A stretch of DNA of 64,000 nt from Candidatus Methylomirabilota bacterium (lineage in GTDB: Bacteria > Methylomirabilota > Methylomirabilia > Rokubacteriales > CSP1-6), in NCBI GenBank assembly GCA_035311385.1, contig DATGCY010000129.1, positions 566 through 64,565 on the forward strand, written 5' to 3'. Positions within the stretch are counted from its first letter, which is position 1; the number at the start of each line of letters is the position of its first letter. The translations under genes were made by a program, and so were the position numbers. Shown here in pieces: positions 27,912 through 36,862 of this stretch. The notes under the pieces are model-generated. The model was not told the origin of the DNA, made no database searches, and saw only the letters and a program-made list of their open reading frames with translations.

Positions 27912-28589
27912 GTGAGTGGCCCCTCCGTGGTCGGCCGCGTTGCCGAGGTCTTCTACTCGATCCAAGGCGAGGGTGTCACCGCCGGCCTTCCCGCCGTGTT
28001 CGTGCGGCTGCAGGGCTGCACCGTCGGCTGCGTCTGGTGCGACACCAAGTACTCGTGGGACGCGGCGGGGGGGCGCGCCGCCGATGTCGATGGTCTCCTC
28101 CGGGAGGCCTCGGCGTATCCGTGCCGACGCGTAGTGGTCACGGGCGGGGAGCCGCTCGAATCGCCGCTGTTCACCACTCTCACCCCCGCGCTGATTGACG
28201 CTGGCTTCGCCGTCGAGGTGGAGACGTCGGGTACCCTCGCTCCGCCCGTTGCCCTCGATCGAGCGATCCAGTGGAACGTGTCCCTCAAGCTCGCGGCCTC
28301 GGGCGTGGCCGACGCCACGCGGATCCGGCCCGCCGTCATTCGTGACTTCCTCTCGCGGGAGAGCTGGTGGAAGTTCGTGGTGACCGGCACGCGCGACGTG
28401 TCCGAGGTGCTGAGCCTGGCCGAGCGCTTCGCCCTGCCGAAGAGCCGCATCCTCCTCCAGCCGGAGGCCATCCGGCGCGAGGAGCTGATCGAGCGCGGGC
28501 CCTGGGTGGCCGAGATGTGCACGCGCCACGGCTTCCGCTTCTCTCCCCGTCTCCACATCATGCTATGGGGTCCCCGGCGGGGAGTGTAG
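27912..28589 (+). CDS. queE: 7-carboxy-7-deazaguanine synthase (radical SAM)
   Basis: [30 protein letters not shown] (CxxxCxxC-type cluster motif of QueE) ..VVTGGEP. Start is GTG 27912 or 27927. Confidence 0.8.
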   Translation: MSGPSVVGRVAEVFYSIQGEGVTAGLPAVFVRLQGCTVGCVWCDTKYSWDAAGGRAADVDGLLREASAYPCRRVVVTGGEPLESPLFTTLTPALIDAGFAVEVETSGTLAPPVALDRAIQWNVSLKLAASGVADATRIRPAVIRDFLSRESWWKFVVTGTRDVSEVLSLAERFALPKSRILLQPEAIRREELIERGPWVAEMCTRHGFRFSPRLHIMLWGPRRGV

Positions 28590-29278
28590 TGGCTCCGCGC
28601 GCCGTCGTGCTGCTCTCGGGTGGCCTCGATTCCACGACCACTCTCGCCATCGCCCTCGCCGAGGGCTACGAGTGCTGCGCGCTGTCGTTCGACTATGGCC
28701 AGCGCCACGTGCGCGAGCTCGAGGCGGCGAGGCAGGTGGCCACGGCCCTCGGCGCCCGCCCGCACCTCACCCTGCGTCTCGATCTCCGCGCCATCGGCGG
28801 CTCCGCGCTCACCGCCGACATCGCCGTCCCCAAGGGACGGAACGAGGAGGCGATCGGCGAAGGCATCCCCGTCACCTACGTTCCCGCGCGCAACACCATC
28901 TTCCTCGCCCATGCCCTCGGGTGGGCCGAGGTGCAGCAGGCACAGGACATCTTCATCGGCGTCAACGCCCTCGACTACTCGGGCTATCCCGATTGCCGTC
29001 CGGAGTTCATTAAGGCCTTCGAGCGCTTGGCGAATCTCGCCACGCAGGCCGGCGTGGAAGGCAAGAGCCGCTTCCGCATCCACACCCCGCTCATCGCCCT
29101 GAGCAAGGGAGAGATCGTGGCCCGCGCCCACGAGCTCGGGGTGAACCTCGCCCTGACCTGGTCCTGCTATGCGCCCGAGGCCGACGGCCGCGCCTGCGGC
29201 CTCTGCGATTCGTGCCTCTTACGCAAGAAGGGCTTCGCCGCGGCGCGGCTCGTGGACCCCGTGCCCGTCGCGCATTGA
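28589..29278 (+). CDS. queC: 7-cyano-7-deazaguanine synthase
   Basis: GTG 28589 overlaps the QueE TAG (TAGTG) and gives (M)[16 protein letters not shown] (PP-loop) plus the C-terminal Zn-Cys cluster [10 protein letters not shown]. The track's upstream extension is a frame artefact. Confidence 0.85.
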   Translation: MAPRAVVLLSGGLDSTTTLAIALAEGYECCALSFDYGQRHVRELEAARQVATALGARPHLTLRLDLRAIGGSALTADIAVPKGRNEEAIGEGIPVTYVPARNTIFLAHALGWAEVQQAQDIFIGVNALDYSGYPDCRPEFIKAFERLANLATQAGVEGKSRFRIHTPLIALSKGEIVARAHELGVNLALTWSCYAPEADGRACGLCDSCLLRKKGFAAARLVDPVPVAH

Positions 29279-29287
29279 CGGCCTGAC

Positions 29288-31285
29288 GTGACCGACTGGC
29301 GGAGCGTCCTTCAAGCCTTCCCCAAGGAGCGCACCTGGCTCCTGCCCGCCCTCCATGCCGTCCAGCACGAGCTGCGCTGGATTCCCGCTGCCGCGCTCGC
29401 CGAGGTCGCCGCACACCTCCGCGTGCCCGCCTCCGAGGCCTACGGGGTCGCCACGCACTATCCGGAGTTCAGGCTGACGGAGCCGCGCGCGCGGCTCATC
29501 CGTGTATGCACGGGCGTACCGTGCCGGATCCGCGGCGGAGTGGAGCTGCTCGCCTCCCTGCGCGCTGTCGCAGGGCCCGACGTGACGCTCGAGCCCTTCG
29601 ACTGCGCCTTCAACTGCTCCGTGGCGCCCGTGGTCGAAGTGGACGGCTCCTGTCATGGTCGCGTGGCGCGCGAGGACGTGAACCGCCTCCTCTCCTCGCC
29701 GGCTCCGCGGGCGTCATCCTCTCCGGAGTCGTCGCCCGCGCCGCCGGTGAAGGACCGGTCGTTCGCGGAGATCTTCCGCCGGGCGGCGGGGGCGGCGCGT
29801 CCCAGACTTCGCTTCCTGGTCGGCGTCGGCTCGTGCAGCCTGGCCGTCGGCGCGGAGGCGACCATGGAAGCGCTCACGCGCGAGGTGGCGCGCCGAGGTC
29901 TCGAAGCCGCCGTGGCCGCGGTGGGCTGCAACGGCATGTGTTGGGCCGCGCCCATGATGACGGTGGCGACGCCCGAGAGCGAGCTTCACCACCTGCCGCA
30001 CGCGACGGCCGATCGCCTCCCTGCGCTGCTCGACGCAGTAGCGGCGCGGCGGCTCGAGCCCCATCCCGGCATCACGGATGTGCTCAGGCATCAGCGCCGT
30101 GAGCTCACCGCCCGCTGCGGAGACGTGGAGCCTGACGACATCGGGGACGCGATCAGGCGCGGCTCCTATGCCACGCTGGCCGCCGCCCTCGAGGCGCGCC
30201 GGCCCGAGGCCGTCATCGAGGTGGTGAAGGCGGCGGGCCTGCGGGGGCGGGGCGGCGCCTATTTTGCCGCCGCCCTCAAGTGGGAAGGGACCCGCGGCGC
30301 CACGCGATCGCCCAAGTACTTCATCGTGAACGGCGAGGAGGGTGAGCCCGGCATCTTCAAGGATCGTCATCTCATGGAAGGCGATCCTCACCGCCTGCTC
30401 GAAGGCGCCCTCCTGGCGGCCTATGCGGCCGGCGCAGGCCACATCTATCTCTATGTTCACGGCGAAGCCCACCTCGCGGCCAAGCGAGTCGCCCGCGCCG
30501 TGGAGGAGGCACGAGCGTGGGGGCTCATCGGCCCACGTGTGCTCGAAAGCGACTTCTCCGTCGAGGTCGAGGTTCGGCGCGGGGCGGGCGGCTTCGTGCT
30601 GGGCGAGGAGACCGCGCTCATGGAATCGCTCGAGGGGCGGCGGGCCATGCCTCGCCCCAAGCCGCCCTTCCCGACGGAAGCGGGCCTCTTCGGGAAGCCC
30701 ACGGTCATCAACAACGTGGAGACGCTCTTCGCGGTGCCTCTCATCATGGATCGGGGCGCGGAGTGGTGGACCTCCCTCGGCGAGGGGCACGGGACGAAAT
30801 GCTTCGGCCTCTCCGGTCACCTGGCGCGCCCGGGCCTGGCCGAGGTCGAGATGGGAACGACGCTCCGGCATCTGATCGAGAGCATCGGGGGTGGGATGCG
30901 CTCCGGTCGCACGCTCACCGGCATGGTGCTCGGCGGGCCGTCGGGGATCATCGTGCCCCCACGCGAGCTCGACGAGCCGCTGGTGCCCGGCGGCCGCGTC
31001 AATCCGGGCACGGGGGGCCTCGTGGCCCTCGACGAGACGGCTTCTGTCCGCGACGTGATCCGCACCCTGCTCGACTTCAACACGCGCGAATCGTGCGGCA
31101 AGTGCACGCCCTGCCGCGAGGGTACGGCACGACTGCGCGACATGCTCGACGCTCCCGCCGGCGCGGACGTCGCCCGAGTCACGGAGCTCGCCGAGGTGAT
31201 ACGCCTCGCCTCCCTCTGCGGCCTCGGGCAGGCCGCGCCGCTGTCCATCCTCTCCGCCCTCCGCGACTTCCCCGGCGCCCTTTAG
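29288..31285 (+). CDS. NAD-dependent formate dehydrogenase diaphorase subunit, fused FdsG(NuoE-like)–FdsB(NuoF-like)
   Basis: 665 aa. N-terminal thioredoxin-like 2Fe-2S module (CTGVPC..FDCAFNCSVAP). C-terminal NuoF module (GRGGAYF..NGEEGEPG FMN/NAD site; C-terminal CGKCTPCREG 4Fe-4S). Confidence 0.8.
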   Translation: MTDWRSVLQAFPKERTWLLPALHAVQHELRWIPAAALAEVAAHLRVPASEAYGVATHYPEFRLTEPRARLIRVCTGVPCRIRGGVELLASLRAVAGPDVTLEPFDCAFNCSVAPVVEVDGSCHGRVAREDVNRLLSSPAPRASSSPESSPAPPVKDRSFAEIFRRAAGAARPRLRFLVGVGSCSLAVGAEATMEALTREVARRGLEAAVAAVGCNGMCWAAPMMTVATPESELHHLPHATADRLPALLDAVAARRLEPHPGITDVLRHQRRELTARCGDVEPDDIGDAIRRGSYATLAAALEARRPEAVIEVVKAAGLRGRGGAYFAAALKWEGTRGATRSPKYFIVNGEEGEPGIFKDRHLMEGDPHRLLEGALLAAYAAGAGHIYLYVHGEAHLAAKRVARAVEEARAWGLIGPRVLESDFSVEVEVRRGAGGFVLGEETALMESLEGRRAMPRPKPPFPTEAGLFGKPTVINNVETLFAVPLIMDRGAEWWTSLGEGHGTKCFGLSGHLARPGLAEVEMGTTLRHLIESIGGGMRSGRTLTGMVLGGPSGIIVPPRELDEPLVPGGRVNPGTGGLVALDETASVRDVIRTLLDFNTRESCGKCTPCREGTARLRDMLDAPAGADVARVTELAEVIRLASLCGLGQAAPLSILSALRDFPGAL

Positions 31286-31554
31286 CCTGCCCCAAGCAAC
31301 CTGGCCACCGACGGAAACGGACGGCCATGCGTTCGAATCGCCGTCGCTAACAGTCTGAGGTCCCTCACCAAGGCCTCACGGAGAAACGGGTGGGTGGCGC
31401 CGGGGGCTCCTCCCGCGCCAGCGGCGTAGTGGGACCTCCTCGTCCCGTGCGCCGCTTGAAGAGCGGCGATTCGGGCGAGCGGGTGGCGGAGCCGTTGGCG
31501 CGGGAGGGTCCCCGGCGACAGGACCCACCCGACTCGCGTAAGCGGTGAGCGAGC

Positions 31555-32712
31555 CTAAGTAGTCACCGCCGACAGAGGACGCGGCGCCGAGCCGATGTAG
31601 TCAGCCCGCGGCCGGATCAGCCGGTTGTCCGCGTACTGCTCGAGGGCATGCGCGCACCAGCCGGCCACACGCCCCACCGCGAAGATCGACGTGCAGAGAT
31701 CGGGCGGAATGTCCAACGCGTCGTACACCACCGCCGAGAAGAAGTCCACGTTGACGGGCAGCGTGGTGCGCGCGCGCATCCCCTCGTAGACACGCTCCGC
31801 CACCTCGAAGAGACGCTCCCGGCCCGTGGCCGCGGCCATCTCCTTGGCCAGACCGCGGAGCACCCGCGCCCGCGCATCGTCCACCTTGTACACACGATGG
31901 CCGAAGCCGGGCATCCGCGCCGCAGGGTTGCTCCGCTCCCGTTTGGAGAGTCCAGCACGAGCGCCGATGCGAGACTCGACGAAGGCCTCCGCCCGTCGCG
32001 GATCGTCGATTTCGCGGAGCATGGAAAGGACATCCTCGTTGGCCCCGCCGTGACGCGGCCCCTTGAGGGTGGCGATGGCGGCGACGACGGCGGCATGAAG
32101 ATCCGCCACGGTCGCCACCGCCACCCGGGCCGCGAAGGTGGAGGCGTTGAACTCGTGGTCGGCGTGGAGGGTCAGCACGAGGTCCATCACGCGCGCGACC
32201 TCGGGGGCGGGCTCGCGTCCGCTCAGGAGGTGGAGGAAACGGGCAGCGTGCGATCCGGCGGGCGCACGGTGCTCTGGCTCGCGGCCCGTCCGGATACGAT
32301 GCCAAGCCGCCACTGTCTCGGGAATCAGCGTCATGAGCCGGTAGGCCTTCCGAAGATTGGCCGGCTCCTCGTTCGAACGCGCGTCCCCATCGTAGGCCGC
32401 CGCCAGTGACACTGCGGTGCGGAGAGCGTCGAGCGGATGGCAGTCTCGCGGCAGCGAGCGCAGGAGAGCCTCGATGGGACCGGGGAGGCCACGACGCTCG
32501 TCGAGCCGCGCCTGGAACTCCGCCCGTTCTGCCGCCGTCGGCAGCTCACCGAACCACAGCAGGCGCGTCACGTCCTCGAAGCTGACGGCGTGGGCCAGAT
32601 CGCCGATCTCGTAGCCGCGGTAGTAGAGGCGCCCCGCCGCCCCATCCACCTGACAGATGGCCGACCGTGCAGCGATGACATCCTCGAGTCCCGCCTTCCA
32701 TGCCTGGTCCAT
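31555..32712 (-). CDS. citrate synthase (type II; could equally be a 2-methylcitrate synthase)
   Basis: 385 aa with catalytic-region motifs (GFGHRVYK..DAR, HAD..HEFNAST, GPRHGGAN). AGGAGGAG SD. Confidence 0.9.
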   Translation of the reverse strand: MDQAWKAGLEDVIAARSAICQVDGAAGRLYYRGYEIGDLAHAVSFEDVTRLLWFGELPTAAERAEFQARLDERRGLPGPIEALLRSLPRDCHPLDALRTAVSLAAAYDGDARSNEEPANLRKAYRLMTLIPETVAAWHRIRTGREPEHRAPAGSHAARFLHLLSGREPAPEVARVMDLVLTLHADHEFNASTFAARVAVATVADLHAAVVAAIATLKGPRHGGANEDVLSMLREIDDPRRAEAFVESRIGARAGLSKRERSNPAARMPGFGHRVYKVDDARARVLRGLAKEMAAATGRERLFEVAERVYEGMRARTTLPVNVDFFSAVVYDALDIPPDLCTSIFAVGRVAGWCAHALEQYADNRLIRPRADYIGSAPRPLSAVTT

Positions 32713-32771
32713 GTTCGCTCCTCCTGTGCGAGAGCTTGAGACGAGCCCCGGAACCCTTGACTTATCTGGGC

Positions 32772-32803
32772 TTGATTATAGTTGATTAATATTGATCAAA
32801 CAA
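32772..32803 (-). promoter_or_regulatory. AT-rich divergent promoter island: sigma70-like promoter for citrate synthase plus three TTGAT(T/C)A direct repeats at 10-bp spacing
   Basis: Minus-strand reading gives TTGTTT-17 nt-TATAAT (plus 32798-32803 and 32775-32780). Plus strand shows TTGATTAtag / TTGATTAata / TTGATCAaac at 32772-32801. This is the only strongly AT-rich patch in the window. Confidence 0.3.
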
Positions 32804-32850
32804 TACAGGACTGGATCGGGGCTGTGGATGGCTGCTAAGATAGCGAAGAC

Positions 32851-33108
32851 ATGGTGATCCTGGACGGCGAGCAGTACCTGACGGGAGAGGAGGCGGCGGC
32901 GACCCTCGGCATCAAGCGGGAAACGCTCTACGCCTACGTCAGCCGGGGCGTGCTCCGGAGCTATCGACAGGGCATCAAGCGCCAGCGCCTCTATCGCCGG
33001 ACGGACGTCGAGCGGCTGATGCAGCTCACACCCTCCTCGGAGGAGCCGCTCGCCAGCCGCGGGCCCGCCCCCGAGGTCCCTCTCGCGGAGTCCTGGATCA
33101 GAGACTAG
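32851..33108 (+). CDS. small helix-turn-helix DNA-binding protein (MerR/excisionase-type HTH_17-like)
   Basis: 85 aa. LTGEEAAATLGIKRETLYAYVSRGVL is a canonical HTH. Lies 52 nt upstream of fdsA, same strand. Confidence 0.6.
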   Translation: MVILDGEQYLTGEEAAATLGIKRETLYAYVSRGVLRSYRQGIKRQRLYRRTDVERLMQLTPSSEEPLASRGPAPEVPLAESWIRD

Positions 33109-33160
33109 CGTCCCGCAAGCTCGGCTAGAATGTGGGCGCAGCCGAGACCTGGATCAACCC

Positions 33161-35842
33161 ATGAGCCTCCGCGTCATCGTCGACGGCACGCCGGTCGAGG
33201 TTCCCGCGGGTGCCACGGTGCTGGACGCCGTGAACCGCCTCGGCCTCCCCCTGCCCCAGCTCTGCAAGGATCCCGACCGTGCCCCGCTCGGTGCGTGCCG
33301 CACCTGTCTCGTCCACGTGGAGGGCCAGCGTGGACTGCCCGCGGCCTGCCATCTTCCCGCGCGCGATGGCCTGGTCGTGAACACCCAGCACCCTGACGCC
33401 GTCAAGACGCGCAAGGCCGTACTCGACCTGACCTGGTCCATGCTCACGGCGAGCCCGGAACGCGACGGCTTCGGCCAGGTGGGCGTGGCCGCCCAGCATC
33501 ACGCGCTGACGGCTCCCGGGCATCCGCCCCAGCACCACTTCGCGGTGGACGAGTCGAAGAGCTTCTTCGTCCTCGACCGTGAGGCCTGCATCCTCTGCGG
33601 CCGTTGCACGACCGCCTGCGCCGATGTGCAGCACATCGGGGCCATCTCCATGATCGGACGCGGCCACGAGGCGCGGGTCGGGGTGGTGGGAGACGGGCCG
33701 ATGTCGGGGTCCATCTGCACCTCGTGCGGTCAATGCGTAGCGACCTGCCCCACGGGCGCCCTCCGCCCGAAGGAGCAGGCGATTCCCATCGTCCGCGAGG
33801 TCGAGACCACGTGTCCGTATTGCGGCGTGGGCTGCGGCATTCGGCTCCACATCAGGCAGGACGGTCGCCTCTCCGTCATGGCCGACGACGTGCCCGAGAA
33901 TCGATCGAGCGGGGGGACCCTCTGCGTCAAGGGCCGTTTCGGGACCGGCTTCGTCCACTCGCGGGACCGGATCACCTCGCCCATGGTCCGACGCGACGGC
34001 GTCTGGGTCGAGACGTCGTGGGACGAAGCGCTCGAGGCCGCCGCGGAAGGGCTGGCGCGGCACCACGGCCGATTCGGGGCCTTTGCGTCAGCCAAGGCGA
34101 CCAACGAGGACGGCTACGTCATCCAGAAGCTCGCCCGGGTAGTCATGGGCACCAACAACGTTGATCACTGCACGCGCCTCTGCCACTCGCCGTCGGTAGA
34201 GGCGATGCTCACCTCCATGGGGTCTGGCGCCACCTCGAACTCGTACCAGGACTATGAGGAGGCCGGGTGCATCATGGTGGTGGGGGCGGATGCCTCGGCT
34301 AACCATCCCGTCATCGCCATTCGGCTCCGCAAGGCGGTGAGCCGCGGAGCCCGTCTCATCGTGATCAATCCGAAGCGGATCGAGCTGTGCGACCAGGCCG
34401 ACCTCTGGATCCAGGAGCGGCCCGGGACCGACGTCGCCCTGTTCAATGCTATGGCCAGAGTGCTGCTCGACGAGGGGCTGGCTGACCTGGACTTCATTCG
34501 CTCGCGAACGGAAGGCTTCGAGGCATGGGCCGCCTCCCTCGAGCCGTACACCCTCGAGTACGCGGCGGGAGTGACCGGGGTGCCCGCCTCGAGCATCGCC
34601 CAGGCCGCCCGCTGGTATGCCCGACCAGCGTTTTCGGGGTCGTGCCTCATCTGGGGCATGGGGATCACCCAGCACATCAATGGGACGGCGAACGCGCACG
34701 CGCTGCTGAACCTCTCCCTCGCCGCCGGCCAGATGGGCTTCCCCGGCTCCGGCATTTCGCCGCTCCGCGGCCAGAACAACGTGCAGGGCTGCGGAGACGC
34801 GGGCGCCATTCCCACCAATCTCCCAGGCTACGCGGACTACTCGGCGGCGAGCCTGAGCCGCTTCGAGCGCGCCTGGGGAACGCGCCCACCGCAGAGGCCC
34901 GGGATGGTGGTCACCGAAATGAGCGAGGGCTGCCTCGACGGCTCGATCCGCGCCATATACGTGGTCGGCGAGAACCCCCTGCTTGCCGAGCCCGACCTTC
35001 ATCACGTGGAGAAGGCCTTCCGCCAGCTCGACTGCCTGGTCGTGCAGGATCTCTTCCTCAACGAGACCGGTGATCTAGCCCACGTCTTCCTGCCCGCCGC
35101 TGCCTTTGCCGAAAAGGACGGCACCTTCACCAACTCCGAGCGCCGCGTGCAGCGAGTCCGCCGCGCCATCGATCCGCCCGGTCAGGCCAAAGCCGACTGG
35201 TGGATTACCTGCGAGCTGGCCAAGCGCATCGCACGGCGGCTGGGGCGGCCCGTGCAGGGCTTCGACTTCGCGCACCCCTCGGAAATCTTCGACGAGATGG
35301 CCAGACTCTGGCCGGCCATCAATGGGCTGTCGTACGCACGGCTCGAGTCGGGGGGCATCCAGTGGCCCTGCCCCACGTCCGATCATCCAGGGACCCGCTT
35401 CCTCTATGGCGAGACCTTCCCCACGGGCAAGGCGAGGTTCGTGTCGGTCAGCCAGGGAAGTGCGGCGGCGGAGCTCCCCGACCCCGACTATCCCTTCGTG
35501 CTCAACACGGGCCGTCTCCTCTACCACTGGCACGGCGGGACGCTGACCCGTCGAGTGCAGGGGCTACTGGAGCTGGCGCCCAAGCTGCAGATCGCCGTCA
35601 ACCCCGCCGACGCGCGACGGCTCGGATTCGGCGACGGCGGCCCGGTCAGGGTCGTATCACGACGCGGGGAGCTGACCGGCTACGCGCACGTCACGGAGGC
35701 GGTACGCCCCGGAGCGCTGTTCGTCCCCTTCGTGAAGCTCGCCGACTCCGCGGCCAACTTCCTCACCAATTCCGCCCACGATCCCAGCTCCAAGATCCCC
35801 GAGTACAAGGTCTGCGCGGTGCGCCTCGAGCGCATAGCGTGA
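33161..35842 (+). CDS. formate dehydrogenase catalytic (alpha) subunit, NAD-dependent FdsA type, Cys (not Sec) at the Mo-ligand position
   Basis: 893 aa. N-terminal 2Fe-2S and 4Fe-4S Cys clusters (CRTCLVHV..; CILCGRCTTAC; CTSCGQCVATCP; CPYCGVGCG). Molybdopterin domain with VDHCTRLCHSPS. Confidence 0.9.
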   Translation: MSLRVIVDGTPVEVPAGATVLDAVNRLGLPLPQLCKDPDRAPLGACRTCLVHVEGQRGLPAACHLPARDGLVVNTQHPDAVKTRKAVLDLTWSMLTASPERDGFGQVGVAAQHHALTAPGHPPQHHFAVDESKSFFVLDREACILCGRCTTACADVQHIGAISMIGRGHEARVGVVGDGPMSGSICTSCGQCVATCPTGALRPKEQAIPIVREVETTCPYCGVGCGIRLHIRQDGRLSVMADDVPENRSSGGTLCVKGRFGTGFVHSRDRITSPMVRRDGVWVETSWDEALEAAAEGLARHHGRFGAFASAKATNEDGYVIQKLARVVMGTNNVDHCTRLCHSPSVEAMLTSMGSGATSNSYQDYEEAGCIMVVGADASANHPVIAIRLRKAVSRGARLIVINPKRIELCDQADLWIQERPGTDVALFNAMARVLLDEGLADLDFIRSRTEGFEAWAASLEPYTLEYAAGVTGVPASSIAQAARWYARPAFSGSCLIWGMGITQHINGTANAHALLNLSLAAGQMGFPGSGISPLRGQNNVQGCGDAGAIPTNLPGYADYSAASLSRFERAWGTRPPQRPGMVVTEMSEGCLDGSIRAIYVVGENPLLAEPDLHHVEKAFRQLDCLVVQDLFLNETGDLAHVFLPAAAFAEKDGTFTNSERRVQRVRRAIDPPGQAKADWWITCELAKRIARRLGRPVQGFDFAHPSEIFDEMARLWPAINGLSYARLESGGIQWPCPTSDHPGTRFLYGETFPTGKARFVSVSQGSAAAELPDPDYPFVLNTGRLLYHWHGGTLTRRVQGLLELAPKLQIAVNPADARRLGFGDGGPVRVVSRRGELTGYAHVTEAVRPGALFVPFVKLADSAANFLTNSAHDPSSKIPEYKVCAVRLERIA

Positions 35843-35948
35843 CCTGCCGACCCCCCGTTCGCGACAGGTGATCTCGATCACCTCCACCTCGTCGTAGAGG
35901 TGACGCGGCGAGGCCCGGCAGCCGCGGGACCTCAGCCTCGAGCTGTCC

Positions 35949-36800
35949 TCAGTCGGGCAGTTCCCGCAGGAAGTCGTCGAGGATGTGGGCGAAGGCCTCG
36001 GGTGCGTCCAGGACCAGATGGTGGTAGACGCCAGACATGGCCACGACCTTGGCCCGGGGCATGGCCTCGAGCATCCGCTCGACCATCTCCTTCGGCATGA
36101 TCGGCGATAGCTCGCCGCGCACGAGGAGTGTCGGCGCCTCGATCCGATCGAGAAGCTTCCAGCCGTCGACGGGGTTTCGGGCGCCGTTGCACTGCGGGTC
36201 GAAACGATAGAGGAAGTGGCCGTTGCGCTGCGTGATGCCCTGCCGTCCCAAGTGGTCGAGCAACTCGGGAGTGGCCAGCGTCTCGGGGGGCAGAAGCCGA
36301 AAGCTCCGGAGTGCCTGGTCGAGCGATTCGTGGCGGCGGGGGCCGCGGTGACCTCGCCGATGCATGGCCTCCAAGCGCCCTTCCGGCAGGGACGGGCGGC
36401 TGTCCACTACGCAGAGCATGCGTACCCGATCCGGATGCCACGCGGAGAAGCCGAGGGCATTGTGGCCGCCCATCGAGTGGCCGACGAGCGCCATTCGCCG
36501 CCAGCCGAGCGCATCCATGACCCCGACCAGGTCCGAGGCGAACTGCTCCGTTCCATAGCGAGAGTCGGGCGCCCAGTCGCTTTCGCCGTGGCCCCGCTGA
36601 TCGAGCGAGATCACGTGGAACCTGTCAATGAATGTCGGCACCACCGCGTCGAACCAATGGGCGTGGGCAGAGCCTCCGTGGAGGAAGCAGAGGGCCGGGC
36701 GACCAGGCTGGCCCCACTCGAGCGCACGGAGAGTCATTCCGTTGACGGTGAATGCACGGCGAGTTGCCGCGTCACAGATGAAAGAGGGGTGTGTAGTCAT
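35949..36800 (-). CDS. alpha/beta-fold hydrolase
   Basis: 283 aa. HGGSAHAHWF oxyanion region, GHSMGG nucleophile elbow, C-terminal His. Confidence 0.8.
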   Translation of the reverse strand: MTTHPSFICDAATRRAFTVNGMTLRALEWGQPGRPALCFLHGGSAHAHWFDAVVPTFIDRFHVISLDQRGHGESDWAPDSRYGTEQFASDLVGVMDALGWRRMALVGHSMGGHNALGFSAWHPDRVRMLCVVDSRPSLPEGRLEAMHRRGHRGPRRHESLDQALRSFRLLPPETLATPELLDHLGRQGITQRNGHFLYRFDPQCNGARNPVDGWKLLDRIEAPTLLVRGELSPIMPKEMVERMLEAMPRAKVVAMSGVYHHLVLDAPEAFAHILDDFLRELPD

Positions 36801-36862
36801 GCCCGACAGTGTAGCAGCGAAAAAAAAACTTGGGCTTCTCGCACGCTCCTCGTAATTTGGGG

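Noticed and set aside
27912-29278. 7-deazaguanine DNA-modification (Dpd-like) system around queE/queC
   Set aside because: No tgt/dpdA-like, ParB-like, helicase or other Dpd genes adjacent; neighbours are a lipoprotein and formate dehydrogenase genes.
31326-31345. tRNA-like T-loop string GTTCGAATC
   Set aside because: Flanking bases cannot form a T-stem, acceptor stem or anticodon arm, so it is not a tRNA.
31286-31554. Possible RNase P / SRP / tmRNA in the GC-rich spacer (GAAACGGGUGGGUGG resembles the RNase P P10–P12 GGGUGAAAnGGUGCGGUAAG region)
   Set aside because: Other universal RNase P blocks (GGAAAGUCCGGGCUCC, ACAGAAnCCGGCUUA) and the SRP domain IV or tmRNA tag region are absent. Kept only as a generic structured-spacer finding.
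33125-34066. 313-aa minus ORF and other alternate-frame ORFs over fdsA
   Set aside because: Antisense or shifted frames of the Cys-cluster-rich formate dehydrogenase gene.
36815-36830. A9 homopolymer tract in the divergent spacer between the alpha/beta hydrolase and the DUF4015 gene
   Set aside because: Single short tract with no repeat unit; not a CRISPR or satellite. It may be a bent-DNA promoter element, but nothing further can be supported.
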